Source: Eledone cirrhosa (lineage: Eukaryota). Taken from it: a stretch of 64,000 nucleotides of DNA. The stretch lies in the NCBI GenBank assembly GCA_964016885.1, contig OZ024743.1:235600001-235664000 (forward strand), written 5' to 3'. The notes below the pieces were generated by a model that was not told the origin of the DNA, made no database searches, and worked only from the letters and a program-made list of their open reading frames with translations. Both the position numbers and the translations under genes were made by a program. Position 1 is the first letter of the stretch, and each line of letters begins with the position of its first letter. Shown one piece after another: positions 11,658-23,803 of the stretch.

Positions 11658-13308
11658 ATGAATTCAACCAAAATGAACTCTTCCACACCGAACACCACTG
11701 ACGCCACCACCACCACAACTGAAACAAAAATTAACAATAACAAAAATAACGATAACAGCAACAATGAAATTAAGAAAACCACCCTGAGTAGCAAAACAGT
11801 GCGAAGCATTCCAGGTAACTCAGGAGGAATTAGAAGAAGCCAAAAAAGTGTTAAAGAAAGATGGGTACAGGGTCAGCTTCACCCACCCACCTAATAAAAT
11901 GGAGCATCGGCGCCTATGCACCGTGCTTTATCGGACGATAAACATAAAATCGTGGAACGGGCATCCGAGTCCCAAATCCAAAAAGCTTTGGGACATGTGT
12001 GGGCAAAGAAAATCCACATCAGACGTGGGCAGAAATATGGAACCGTGGACGTGTTCTTTGAAACACCACAGGAGGCCAGAGAACACTCCATGGCCCCATT
12101 AAGAAGTGACGACTGTCCCAAGCTATTGTGGCCAGAGACTCATGAAGATCAGGGTGACCCACGTTCCACCGGCCATCTAAATTCCCTGGCTAATAGCTGC
12201 CGTCCTCGCCGGCGTCGAAGCCAACACCAAGATAATCGAAATAGCGAAAGAAAAGCAAGAGAACTGGTCCGGATCTGGGATGGAGCTCCTAATCCAAGCG
12301 GACCAAAAAAGCATTGAGGGGATCCCAGAAGTAATAGACCTCACTGACGGCAGCCACCTCACCGTAATCGTCGAGGGCAGAAGGCCTAGGTGTGTCGTTT
12401 GTGGTGAAGGAACCCACCTAAGGGCTTTCTGCCCTCAGGCTAAAAGGTTGAGGCCACCTCTCTTACCCACCCCAGTGACTCAACCATCAACACCACCAGC
12501 AGCAGAGATGGCAGCAACAACTGTAGCAGCAACAACAGAAGCAACTGTAACAGCAACAACCCCAGCAACAGTAACAAAACCAACACCACCACCACCCAAC
12601 ACGCCAGAACTAGCACCAGCGCCTACACCATCCACCACGCCACAACCAAAACCAACGCCTGTGGAGGATTTTCCACTCCCCGGCCTATCATAACTGGAGA
12701 CAGATTGTGACGATGAGGAGTGGGAAACGGTATCAGGAAAAAAGAAATAAAGAAACCAAAAAAGAAAAAATTCTCTTCCCTCCCCCTCCAAAAACAAAAT
12801 ACAAAGGGAAACAAATAAACTATCAAACAAAAATGTTAGGACAGATATGCTACCATCCACACCAGCATCACCAACCCCATTACCACAAACACCAACACCA
12901 TCACCATCATTAACCCCAACACCACCATCACCAATACCACAAAAGTCACCAAAAAGCGAAACAGAAACAAACCCACAACAAACGCAAACAAAACAAAACA
13001 ACCAAAACGATACACACTACACAGCATTAAATTTGAACAACAACCAATTATTACACTACATCCAACACAACACCAGCATCACAGAAAAAGACTACACAAC
13101 AACCCAAAAGTTCACACAACCTCCACACATACAAATCACTCGCATCACACAGAAAACGTACACGACACTAAAACAAAAATTCCCCAAAGACATCGGAGAC
13201 TTCCGACAAGCACTCTCCAGGAGGATTTATAAGGACATCCTTCCGGAGGAAGCCACAAGCAGTGAAAAGGATGGAGAAACCATCCTTCCTCTACGAGAAG
13301 TAAGGTAA
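11658..13308 (+). pseudogene. ORF1 (gag-like) remnant of the Tx1-like LINE
   Basis: Frameshifted pieces including VEGRRPRCVVCGEGTHLRAFCP (CX2CX4HX4C) followed by Pro/Thr-rich low-complexity sequence; boundaries are approximate. Confidence 0.65.
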
Positions 13309-13342
13309 GTCGTCTTTCCCATCTTTTCCACTCCATTTCAAT

Positions 13343-16300
13343 ATGACCTCACTCAGAATAGGCAGCATAAATTCGCGTGGCTTGGGATCGTCATAGAAGC
13401 AGGGCCACCTGCTCAACGACCTCAGGTCACTAAACATAGATGTAGTGGCCTTCAGCGAGACCAGAATCTCCAAAGCACGGGCCTTCGCACCTATCTTCGG
13501 CGGCTACGATGTGTACGCATCTCCCAGCCGTCCTGTATCAGGGGAGGAGTTGCTGTGCTTTTTCGGAGAGATTTGGATCTCGCCATACGGGCCATCTTCC
13601 TGGACCCAGAAGGTAAGTTGGTGGTGCTGGACGTGACCAGCGAAGACGGGCAAGCTTTCAGGCAAGTGGCCGTCTATGCCCCGACAGGAGCAGGACGGCC
13701 TGATTTCTTCCGGCGTCTGGAGACCTTTCTTGGAACGTCCCGCTTTTTAGTGTTAGTGGGCGACTGGAACGGGATCTTAGATGCACGCTGGGACTGTGTG
13801 GGATTAACGGATAGGGGAGGAGAGTGCAAGAGCCTCACCAACCTGCTCAGGCATTTTGAACTGTCTGAGAGTTACCGATTGGATTTCCCGAATGTGCCAA
13901 TGTGGACTTGGACAAATCGCGTAGGGTCATCTAGATCATATCTAGATAGAGTATTTTGTAGGGAAATAGATAGGTCTAGCATAGGCTGTCAACAATTCAA
14001 GATAGTCAGCTACACGGACCACAAATTCGTGATCTGTGTGCTTGACTTAGATAGGCTTCATAGACGAGGACCCGGCTACTGGAAGCTAAACGCGTCCTTA
14101 CCAGCGCGAAAGGCCTACAGAGACTGGATTCGAGAACTAGTTAAGCGGGCGTTGACGGGGGCCATCGTCAACAACAAGTGGTGGTTTGCTCTGAAAAGAG
14201 CGATTAGAATAGAGTCCATTAGGTTTAGTAAGGCTTTAGCAATAGAGAAAAATAGAGCAGAGGGAGAACTAGTTAGAAAATTAGACGAGGCACTTAGCAA
14301 AGGCATCGCGACCGACGTACTTGCGGCGAAATTGCCCCTTGACCAATTCTTCAATGCAAAGCACGAAGGCTGCGTTGTCAGAGCTAGGGTGCGTGCTCTC
14401 AGACACGAGGGGACGAAAGCCGTTCAACAGGCCCGAGTGGCGGAGGCGCGTCGTGGAAACAAAGCCACGATCCGGTCTTTGGTGGACCACGACGGGCGCT
14501 GCTACTCGATCCCGGGCAAATATGTGAAGCTTTTCAGCGACACTTCTCCCAGCTGTTCGCGGGCAGCGACGGGCCGAATCGAGGGATGGACTTTAGTGTC
14601 TACCTCGACGGACTGCCGCGGCTCTCGCCCACTGAGGCGGAGTGTTGCGAAAAGCCGATAACAGCCGCTGAAGTACGGGAGGTAATGACTGGCTGCACAA
14701 GGGGTAAATCGCCTGGTTTGGATGGTCTGCCCTATGAACTTTACGTACAGATGCCAGACTTGTTCGGAGGCCTCTTGGCGGACGTCTACTGCAACTGGCA
14801 ACAGAACGGGAGAATTCCCAGCTCTGTGAGCCGAGGAGCTGTGGCGCTGCTGAGAAAGGATCCGAACAAGGGGGATTACATAGATAATTTCCGGTCCATA
14901 ACTCTGCTAGACACAGAGTTCAAGATTTTGGCCAAGGTGCTAGCAAAGAGGTTGGCGCTTGTCGTTGGTGGTCTGGTGGGAGAGGCGCATACGTGCGCCA
15001 TTCCCGACAGATCCATCCACGACAACCTCCACCTCATGCGATACATCGTAGAGAGGGTAGCTAGGGAACCTGGCACGGGTGGGTCCTTGATCAATTTAGA
15101 TCAGTCGAAAGCTTTCGATAGGGTCGACCATCGTTACCTAGCGGCAGTCCTGAGGGCGGCTGGCTTTGGTCCCGTCTTCAGAGGTTGGATCGCTGCCATG
15201 CACAGCGAAATCTGTTCTTTGGTGAGAGTGAACGGTCACTTTTCGGAACCGTTCAACATCATGCACTCGGTCCGCCAAGGATGTCCCCTCTCGTCCCTCT
15301 TGTACGTATTGACTCTCGAGCCATTACTGCACAAACTGGAGACGTTGAGGGGGGTCCCGCGGGAACTAGGATGCGGAAGATCCGTGTCAGCATATGCGGA
15401 CGATGTCACCGTAGTGGTGTCGAGCGCCAAACACATCGAGGCAATCGGCACTACACTAAGAGAATACGAAGCGGTGACAGGAGCAATGATCAACCAGGAA
15501 AAGTCAGTGGGCCTGGAGCTCGGCACCTGGAGAGGCAGGTCCATGCTGTCCAACAGCGTCGTCGGGCGCTGGACGGACGGACCGGTTAAATTGCTAGGGG
15601 TCTGGTTCGGTCTGGACCGCCAGACGGACAAAAACTGGGACGAGGTGACGAGCAGGGTGGCTTCTCTCACCCAGAAATGGGCGGAGAGGAAGCTATCCCT
15701 GAAAGGTCGAGCGGAGGTGGCTAACGCGTACATCGCGTCCGTCATCTGCTACCGCCTGACCGTCGTACCTTGTCCTAAGCCCCGCCTGACTGCGCTGAAG
15801 CGTTTGCTCTTTCGCTTTTTGTGGAAGGGAGGCCATCTGCTGTCAACCCCCGCTACGTGGAGGGCTGGGCATGCCGTGGTTGATGATGCGCAGACACGCG
15901 CTCAGGCTACGACATCTCCACCTATTCCTCGACGGTGATCAGGTGTGGTCGCCGTTTGCTAGACACGTCCTTCCCCAGCTCGTCCCCTTGACGGAGCTGC
16001 AGTCCTGGGTCAAGCGAAGACCGAGAGGGAGCGCTTGGAGACTGGAATGTCTTCAGGCGCTCACAGCCCTCGACCAATCGGGCAATGTGATCGGTGGAAA
16101 CTCCACCTTGGCGTTCTATAGATGATTAGTGGAGGGGAAGAGCGACGACGTACTTGGAGAAACTCTAGGCGTCGACAAAAATCAACTAGCCTATCTCTTC
16201 GGAAGGACTTTCGGGCCGGGGCCTATGGACAACTTCCAGAAATCCCTGGCCTGGCAGTGCTACCGAGGAGCTTTGCCAGTTCGGGATAAACTCTACAGGC

Positions 16301-16740
16301 ATGGAGGTGCCGTCAGCCGGGCATGTCCGAGATGCGCGCAGGGCGACGAAACCGTCCTGCACGCACTCGTCCAGTGTCCGAGAATTACTGACTTGTGGGT
16401 TTATGTCGAACACCTGCTGTCGCGTGTAGGACGGATCCGGCTATCAGCTAAGTCCATCGTGAGGATTGCCCCGCCCTCTTCCTTTAGTCGGGAAGAACAG
16501 ACAGTTTTTATCTGTCTGGTGGGCATGGCGAAAGAGATAGTATGGTGGACACGTTTGAAAGGGCTGAAGACGAGCACTTACCTCTTCGGTGATGCCCTGA
16601 TTGACTTTTTCAAATTTCATTTGAAAAGGAAAATCAGAGTAGAGAGGGAAGTGCTCTCTTCCCATCATTTTGTTGAAAGATGGGTGAGAGAAGCAAGTAT
16701 GGCCCGAGTGAATGGGCCTACTCTGAGTATGTGTCTGTAA
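13343..16740 (+). pseudogene. ORF2 remnant: AP endonuclease, reverse transcriptase and zf-RVT
   Basis: MTSLRIGSINSRGL, VYAP, VGDWN, YLDRVF, YTDH, GYWKLN, KSPGLDGLP, DQSKAFDRV, VRQGCPLS, AYADD, CPRC..DETVLHALVQC; several frameshifts. Confidence 0.9.
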
Positions 16741-16989
16741 ATTAAAGGTGGAAAACTGGGAGAGGGCACTTGCCCTGGTGGTCAGGATCACTGTGGCCTT
16801 TTAATAGGCTTTCTCCACAAATGTCCCTCGGAAGTCTCCCCCCTATTGGGGAATTTTTCATTGTGTTTTTTTTGTTACATCCTCTGTTTTTGTTTTTTAC
16901 ACGCAGAAATGCCCATTTGTACTGTCCTGTATTGTCCTGCACTGTCCTTAATGTCTACTTTATGTAAACCCTTGTGGTTAATAAAGAAA

Positions 16990-17033
<44 letters not shown>

Positions 17034-17156
17034 ATCTTTACACACGGCACTAGACAAAATTGTTTCTTCATCATACACTCTCATCTCGGGAACAGTTCTG
17101 TATGGCGCCAGTTCGTGATTTGAACTCGGGAATTTTATATTCTCCGAGCGAGAAGA

Positions 17157-17240
17157 ACCCTCTGACGAAAGTCTTCTTCTCAATGGATTTCTGCATGGAT
17201 TATCCATTTATTTTGAAACTTGAAGCCGTACGGTAAGGGT
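17157..17240 (+). ncRNA. Type I hammerhead ribozyme motif (core variant GAAG)
   Basis: ACCCT-CTGACGA-AAGT...ACTT-GAAG-CCGTACGG-TA-AGGGT: stem I ACCCT/AGGGT, long stem II, palindromic stem III. Confidence 0.7.
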
Positions 17241-17633
17241 AATTACAGCAGGTATAGTGAACTTTTAAAAATTTATTTTAAAACTTTTTCTTATTTTCTA
17301 AACCTTGATTATATATGTTCTGCCTCGTTAATTTATTAACCTGCCATAGAACCACATTGGCATACGGTTGGATAATACATGTGTCCCTATATGCATTTTG
17401 CATGTAGGGAGATATACTTATTAATCTCCCCTGGTCGAGATAACATTTTGGTCGTTTTAACTGCTGCTATTTCTAGTGGCAGTACATTGACCTTTCCGCC
17501 CCTGCCTTCTATCTTTACACACGGCACTAGACAAAATTGTTTCTTCATCATACACTCTCATCTCGGGAACAGTTCTGTATGGCGCCAGTTCGTGATTTGA
17601 ACTCGGGAATTTTATATTCTCCGAGTGAGAAGA

Positions 17634-17717
17634 ACCCTCTGACGAAAGTCTTCTTCTCAATGGATTTCCGCATGGATTATCCATTTATTTTGAGACTTGA
17701 AACAGAACGGTAAGGGT
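17634..17717 (+). ncRNA. Type I hammerhead ribozyme motif
   Basis: ACCCT-CTGACGA-AAGTCT...AGACTT-GAAA-CAGAACGG-TA-AGGGT; intact core, mutated stem III. Confidence 0.7.
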
Positions 17718-17786
17718 AATTACAGCAGGTACAGTGAACTTTTAAAAATTTATTTTTAAACTTTTTCTTATTTGCTAAACCTTGAT

Positions 17787-17818
<32 letters not shown>

Positions 17819-17904
17819 ACAAAGAGGGTGTGGTAAGATACCAGGTGGACCATAACGTACCAGAGTACTCAATACTTAGGGTAGTAGAGTCGGTAATAGG
17901 AAAA

Positions 17905-18011
17905 GAGTCAGGACTACGACGGCTGAGCTCCGGCTGTTTCGACAGCTAGATCCGAACGGTTCGGATCTAGCAGTTGAAACGACCGGAGCTCAGCCGTCGG
18001 TGTCCTGACTC
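17905..18011. repeat. 107-bp near-perfect palindrome
   Basis: GAGTCAGGAC...GATCCGAAC-G-GTTCGGATC...GTCCTGACTC, centred at 17958; a single arm-like copy occurs at about 37529-37580. Confidence 0.9.
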
Positions 18012-18095
18012 GTTTCATATATGTATACGTATATATACCCTTTCAGTATACACCCTCTCACTATATATACACCCTCTTACTATACACCCTCTCAC

Positions 18096-18140
<45 letters not shown>

Positions 18141-18195
18141 TCTCTTACTATGCACCCTCTCACTATACACCCTATTATTATACGCCCTAGATCAT

Positions 18196-18422
18196 CTCTA
18201 CAAAGTGTACCCTCTAATACCAGTAATACCCCTCGATATATATCACCCTCGGCTAGCTCTACAAAGTGTGCCCTCTAATACCAGTAATACCCCTCGATAT
18301 ATATCACCCTCGGCTAGCTCTACAAAGTGTGCCCTCTAATACCAGTAATACCACTCGATATATATCACCCTCGGCTAGCTCTACAAAGTGTGCCCTCTTA
18401 TACCAGTAATACTACTCGATAT
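18196..18422. repeat. 61-bp minisatellite, about 3.7 copies
   Basis: Unit ctctacaaagtgtgccctctaataccagtaatacccctcgatatatatcaccctcggctag at 18196, 18257 and onward. Confidence 0.9.
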
Positions 18423-19467
18423 TTAGCGCCATAGGCTAATTATGCATCTGAGTACTTAGCTCTTTAGGCTAGAGCACTGCCTTCTTCCAAATATAATAAT
18501 TTCCACTTAAACGCTGACAAACTTAGTGTTTGACAATTACAAACTAACTAGAATTGGATCCGTTAAAGAGAAGACATTTCTGGCTTTGAAATCTTTCTAT
18601 TTACTTTAAATGGAATATCTAAGTTGCCGAAACTTGTGAAATTCAAGACTCTACAAAACAACTTTAAAATACTTTTCCAAAAAACTACAATGTTGACTTC
18701 TTGATTCACAAATAACTCCGTGTGATACGTGACAAAAATAACAATTCTATTGGTATATATAATTGTTTCTATGTTTGGCACAAGACCAGCAATTATCCCA
18801 GGGCATTACTGCTACTTTATTTTATCTATTGGTATACATAATATCGTCAGGATTGGCGCTACTATTAAAGGCAACTAGGTAGCCATATACGGCGCAGACC
18901 TTTGAGTGATGCATAACTGAACCTCTGAACCTTAAAAAATCATTAATGTTACCTGTCGTGTGTATAACAATATTTCTTACATGGAACTAGGACTTCTGAT
19001 AGAGTTGTAATGGCGTTGTCGTGATACATGGCATGTCTGGGGCATTTTAAACCTGATGGAGCCCATTCTCTCTCCAAGTATGAGCCGACTACTTCCAGAG
19101 GGAGAGAAGAGGAAGGCTCTATCCCAATGCTGGGCTAGTGCTTTATTTATGAACATCGAAAGGGTGACCTCATCGAGATTTGAACTCAGAGTGCAGAGGG
19201 TTGAAACGAACACCAGGATCCATCTTTTCCGATATTCTAATTACTCTGCCAAGAGAATTCCCTCATTTGTCAGACTTACCTTACACAGTTTGGTTTCAAT
19301 CTTTGTTTGACCTCCCTTTCTCAAAATTCCGGTAACTCATCCATCATTATAAATGAGAGAATATATTCACACTAGATATAATGTTGTTGTTGCTGTTGTT
19401 GCTGCCTTTAGAAAGAATTTTATACAGAGACTGGCTGTAAAATATATTTGTGGTTGTTACCTTTATA

Positions 19468-19630
19468 ACCTGTAGTGAGAATAATATATACACCAGCTGT
19501 AATGTTGTTACCTGTAGAGAGAATAATATATACACTAGCTGTAATGTTGTTACCTGTAGTGAGAATAATATATACACCAGCTGTAATGTTGTTACCTATA
19601 GAGAGAATAATATATACACTAGCTGTAAAT
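19468..19630. repeat. 42-bp minisatellite, about 4 copies
   Basis: Unit acctgtag(t/a)gagaataatatatacac(c/t)agctgtaatgttgtt. Confidence 0.9.
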
Positions 19631-19679
19631 TAATGTTGCTATTACCAGTAATTATCAAATAAATATATATTTTCCAGCA

Positions 19680-20140
19680 TGTGATGTTTGAGATGTTTGG
19701 TTGAGTTGGGCCGCTGACAGCAAAGTTCTTGTCATCGTTAGTGGCTTGCCTGAGGTGTCATGTGATACTCGTGAAGGTGCTTGGTTGTTTCAGCACCTTA
19801 GCCTCGCCATCACCTCACGTAACTGAGGTATCAGGTGATAGCCGTGAAGGTGTCTGGTTGTTTCAGCACCTTAGCCTCGCCATCACCTCACCTTACTGAG
19901 GTGTCAGGTGATACACATGAAAGTGCCTGGCTGTTTCAGGACCTTAGCCCTGCCATCACCTCATCTTACTGAGGTAGCAGGTGATGTCTGTGAGGGTGCC
20001 TGGTTGTTTCAGCTCCTTAGCCTCGCCATCACCAGGCCTTACTGAGGTGTCAGGTGATACCCATGAGGGTGCCTGGTTGTTTCAGCACCTTAGCCACACC
20101 ATCACCCGTGGCAATGCTGCCAGTGTGTTGATTGCCTCAA
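19680..20140 (+). mobile_element. CRE-clade-like non-LTR 3' remnant with a 73-bp internal tandem expansion (5 copies)
   Basis: Translates to SGDTHEGAWLFQHLSHTITRGNAASVL, resembling the CRE RLE C-terminus; units start at 19750, 19823, 19896, 19969 and 20042. Confidence 0.65.
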
Positions 20141-20269
20141 AACTTTCTGTTGACCCTTGTGGTGTTGAGTCTGACCGATTGTCGCATTTGGTGGGGAATT
20201 GATGGTTGTTTTCTGTGTTGTTTTTTCTTTCTCTCGCTTTCATCATATGTTTTTGTGCATCATATTTGA

Positions 20270-20580
20270 GATTACGCTCTCCGACAGGTTCGCGGTCGTG
20301 CGCTTGGCAATGGAGACTTCTGGTGTATTTGGCCCTAGGGCTACCTCCCTACTCACCACCGTAGGCGCTGAGCTGGCCAGCCGCAGGCGTGAGCCTCGCG
20401 AGTTGGAATGGCTCTTCCAGCGCATCTCCCTTACCATCCTCCGGAGAAACGCCATCTCCACCCTGTCCACCGGGGCTGTGGGGAGGCCAGCACGTGGGAC
20501 CCCATTTTCTCACCATACGGATTAATAGGCAAAGTTATAAACTATTGTAAATAAACCTATTTAATACTTTAAAAAAAAAT
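20270..20580 (+). mobile_element. CRE-clade-like non-LTR 3' fragment
   Basis: LAMETSGVFGPRATSLL...WLFQRISLTILRRNA followed by AATAAA and an A-rich tail. Confidence 0.65.
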
Positions 20581-21069
20581 TAATTGTATTCATCATATGT
20601 TTATATTTACATTCTGTAAGAATTATAAATAATCTATAATGTTATATATAAATAAATATATTTATACCTTCCCAATGGAAAAGCCTGAGAGAATATATTC
20701 CGACTGGTTGTAAATGGTGTAGTCATTAACTTTACAGAAAATATATTCTGGCTGGCTGCAAAAATATTGGTTTCAGATTTCAACAGAATGTCAGAAATAC
20801 CGTGGGGTAATGCACGATAATATCGATCCTTGGTGGATGAAATGTAGTTAACATTTGAGATATTTGAACGGAGAATGTAAAGATACACAAGTCAATGCCG
20901 CAAACTAATTTGTCTGTCGTCTTAACAATTTTACCAATCAGCCGGACTGAAAACCCTCTCAATTAACGTTGTGGGTGGTGTTACATTCACAAATAACATA
21001 TTTGATCTGGTTGTAAAATAATTCTATTGATGTTATTTTCACAGAAAATATATTCAGCTTGGCTTTAAA

Positions 21070-21240
21070 ATAATTGTTTCTACTTTTGGCACAAGGCCAG
21101 CAATTACTCAGTGCATTACTAGTACTTTATTTTATCGACCTCGTAAGGATGAAAGGCGGGATTTGAATTCAGAATGGCAAGGGCCGTAACTCTAAGCTGC
21201 AAAGCATGGTCTCCGACCCTCTACCGATACTGCCAATCCT
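21070..21240 (-). mobile_element. tRNA-derived SINE with a Meta-SINE-like core
   Basis: Reverse complement of the family copy at 43936-44121. Confidence 0.75.
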
Positions 21241-21559
21241 TTAAAATAATGTTATAGTTAAATGAATAAACATTGTTGTCTCTGATCGAGAAGAAGCGAG
21301 AGCGTATTTGAATTCATATAAAAATGAGAAAATCCATCGCTAGAACTGCCAAATGGAGTCAATGACAGCGATGGTCACAAATGTCTTCGAGGGCAGCGAC
21401 CAACGGCCAGTGGTCGACAGAGAGACAATCCGCAAGGTGAGTGACAGGCAGATAGAATATAGAAAAGATTGCGTTAAAGTGGTTATTAAAGTTATAAAAA
21501 ACATGTAGTTCACAGCACTGAAGGACCGCTATTTCGTTTGAATTCGTACGTACTATCAT

Positions 21560-21679
21560 ATGTGTGGAGTGTCTGACTCTGTATGTGTGTGAGTGTGTGT
21601 GTGTGTCTGTGCGTCTGTATGTGTGTGTCTGTGTGTGTGTGTCTGTGCCTCTGTGTGTGTCTGTCTGTGTGAGTGTGTA

Positions 21680-21723
<44 letters not shown>

Positions 21724-21955
21724 TGTCTGTATGTGTGCGTGTGTGTCTGTGTGTGTATGTGTCTGTGTGTGTATGTGTGTGTGTGTGTCTATGTGTATGC
21801 GTGTGTGTCTGTGTGTGTGTCTGTGTGTATCTGTGTGTCTGTGTGTGTGTGTGTGTGTGTCTGTCTGTGTCTGTGTCTGCGTGTGTGTGTGTGTCTGTGT
21901 GTGTGTGTGTGTCTGTGTGTGTGTTTGTCTGCCTGTGTGTGTGTATGTGTGTGTA
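21560..21955. repeat. Long degenerate (TG)n/(TCTG)n microsatellite
   Basis: Seen directly. Confidence 0.97.
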
Positions 21956-22173
21956 TTATGCTTCTATTCTAATTAGACAAAGTCTTCCTACAAGGAGTTG
22001 GTATTTACCGCCATTGCTAGAATTTAAAAGATGACTACTGAAAAATGTCTTATTCTCAACTTTAGAAAAGTCTCACAACAACGATGTTCTTGTACCTGTT
22101 CTGAGAGGAATATCTTTAAAGTATCTTAGTAATCAATACTAACTACATATGATTTATGTATAGGTTCCGGGTT

Positions 22174-22223
<50 letters not shown>

Positions 22224-22404
22224 TAAACGGAATAGAAAATGGTGACAAATTGTTCACAGTGAAAAATAGTTTAATTAGGAATAAGTGAGAATTAGTAATG
22301 GTATTGGTTAGTATTCAGTCTTGGTTTTTAGTTTTACCGGTTGCGCATTTCTAATGCTTTTCAAAAATAATTTTGAGATAGAACGTCCGTGATGTTTGCT
22401 CTGA

Positions 22405-22464
<60 letters not shown>

Positions 22465-22802
22465 AAGAATGAAGAGTAACATGGTTGGCTGTACAATAAG
22501 GGGCTTTATTTCAAGTACTGACAATTGTTTTGTTGATCAGGTGAGTCTAGAGGTCGCTAATCGCTTGAAGTTGCGTCACTCGATCTCCAATACATTATTT
22601 AAATTCTAATTATATATATATATATATATATAACTGAACAAAAAGGAAAAAACGAACACAGACATATATATATGTGTTCAAATCGTAATGGACCAAAATC
22701 GCTAAGGTGAAAAAAATACTAACTACCGACAATAGGGTTTGCTGGACTCAATTTAAGAATAAATTAAGAAAAATAAATACAAACCAGTGTTGTGGTAATT
22801 AC

Positions 22803-22889
22803 CATCACCAAGACGGTCTTTGTTAGAACCGTTTCGCAATATTATTTGTGAAGATAAATACCAAATTCCAGGCTCATCAGTGGGTGATG
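22803..22889 (-). ncRNA. Type I hammerhead ribozyme motif in a Penelope-like terminal remnant
   Basis: Minus strand: CATCACCCA-CTGATGA-GC...GC-GAAA-CGGTT..AGACCG-TC-TTGGTGATG; stem I has one mismatch; GUC cleavage triplet. Confidence 0.75.
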
Positions 22890-23141
22890 AAATTAGTATT
22901 CTCCTCACTTCTACTTCTAAATCAAATAGAACACTGGAAAGTGTGTGTATATATAACGCACATGGTTTTCCTTTTTGTTCAGTTATACACGACTCGGAAA
23001 AGCCTTTTTCCTAGAGCTAATTTACTGTAATGAGACTATTTTGAGTTTCTAACTCAATACAAGCTTTTGATATAATATATATATATATAATTAGAATTTT
23101 ATTTCTCGCCCTAGCACAGCATACTTACATTTATATATATA

Positions 23142-23232
<91 letters not shown>

Positions 23233-23244
23233 ATTATTATTATT

Positions 23245-23803
23245 CTTTGAGTCTCAGTCATTGATGTTATTTAACTGGAAAGTTTGTTGAAATGAACATC
23301 AAGCCGCTACCTACAGCCACAGATATTTCGGACGTATCGGAGCGTTCTTGCTGTTCCCAGCAAGCATGCCTTTTGAAGTGTTCCAAAAAACGGGGCTGGA
23401 CTAATCTTCTTTAACCATCCTTGAAAACTCTTTGAGATAGTACCTAGTGCTCCTATGACAATTGGAACGACCTTGATCTCATGGCAGTCCCAAGTCTTTT
23501 TAATGTTCTCCTTCTCCTTTCCTTTCGTGTCAAATGGGTAGGCTACATCTACAATCAGGCAGGATCTTTTTTCCTTGTCAAAAACCACCAGGTCAGACCT
23601 ATTGTGTTCTAATTTATTGTCCTAAATCCCATAGTACCTTCACCTGATCGTTTTCTATCACCAACTCTGGCTTATACTCATGCCACTTCTCAGAATGTGG
23701 TAAATTGTTTACTTTGCATAGATGCCAATGGATCACCCTGCCCATCACATCATGTCTCCAACCTTTATAGTGAGTCTGGGCTAGGTGTTTACACTCGGAT
23801 ACA
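23245..23803 (-). mobile_element. R4/Dong-like 3' fragment (copy 4)
   Basis: Homologous to 2035-2640 with small deletions; 3' end at (TTA)n/(TA)n. Confidence 0.88.

Larger units (their letters stand above)
11205..16991 (+). mobile_element. L1/Tx1-clade LINE, apparently full length but decayed
   Basis: A/C-rich 5' region, ORF1 remnant with a zinc knuckle, ORF2 remnant with APE, RT and C-terminal Cys motif; AATAAA near the 3' end; (ATT)n on both sides. Confidence 0.9.
17033..17790 (+). mobile_element. Tandem (about 1.6 x 477-bp) non-coding unit with hammerheads; Penelope pLTR or retrozyme-like
   Basis: 17033-17316 is repeated at about 17510-17795; each copy carries a hammerhead motif; ends in (TA)n. 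Confidence 0.7.

Noticed and set aside
18500-18730. Faint LRR-like spacing (LTNLVFDNYKLTRI, NGISKLP)
   Set aside because: Needs several frameshifts and stops; not distinguishable from chance by eye.
20775-20925. Cys/Trp pattern reminiscent of a decayed C-type lectin exon
   Set aside because: In-frame stops and too few diagnostic residues.
21324-21436. In-frame TGA as selenocysteine in an alternative frame
   Set aside because: No selenoprotein similarity and no SECIS identified.
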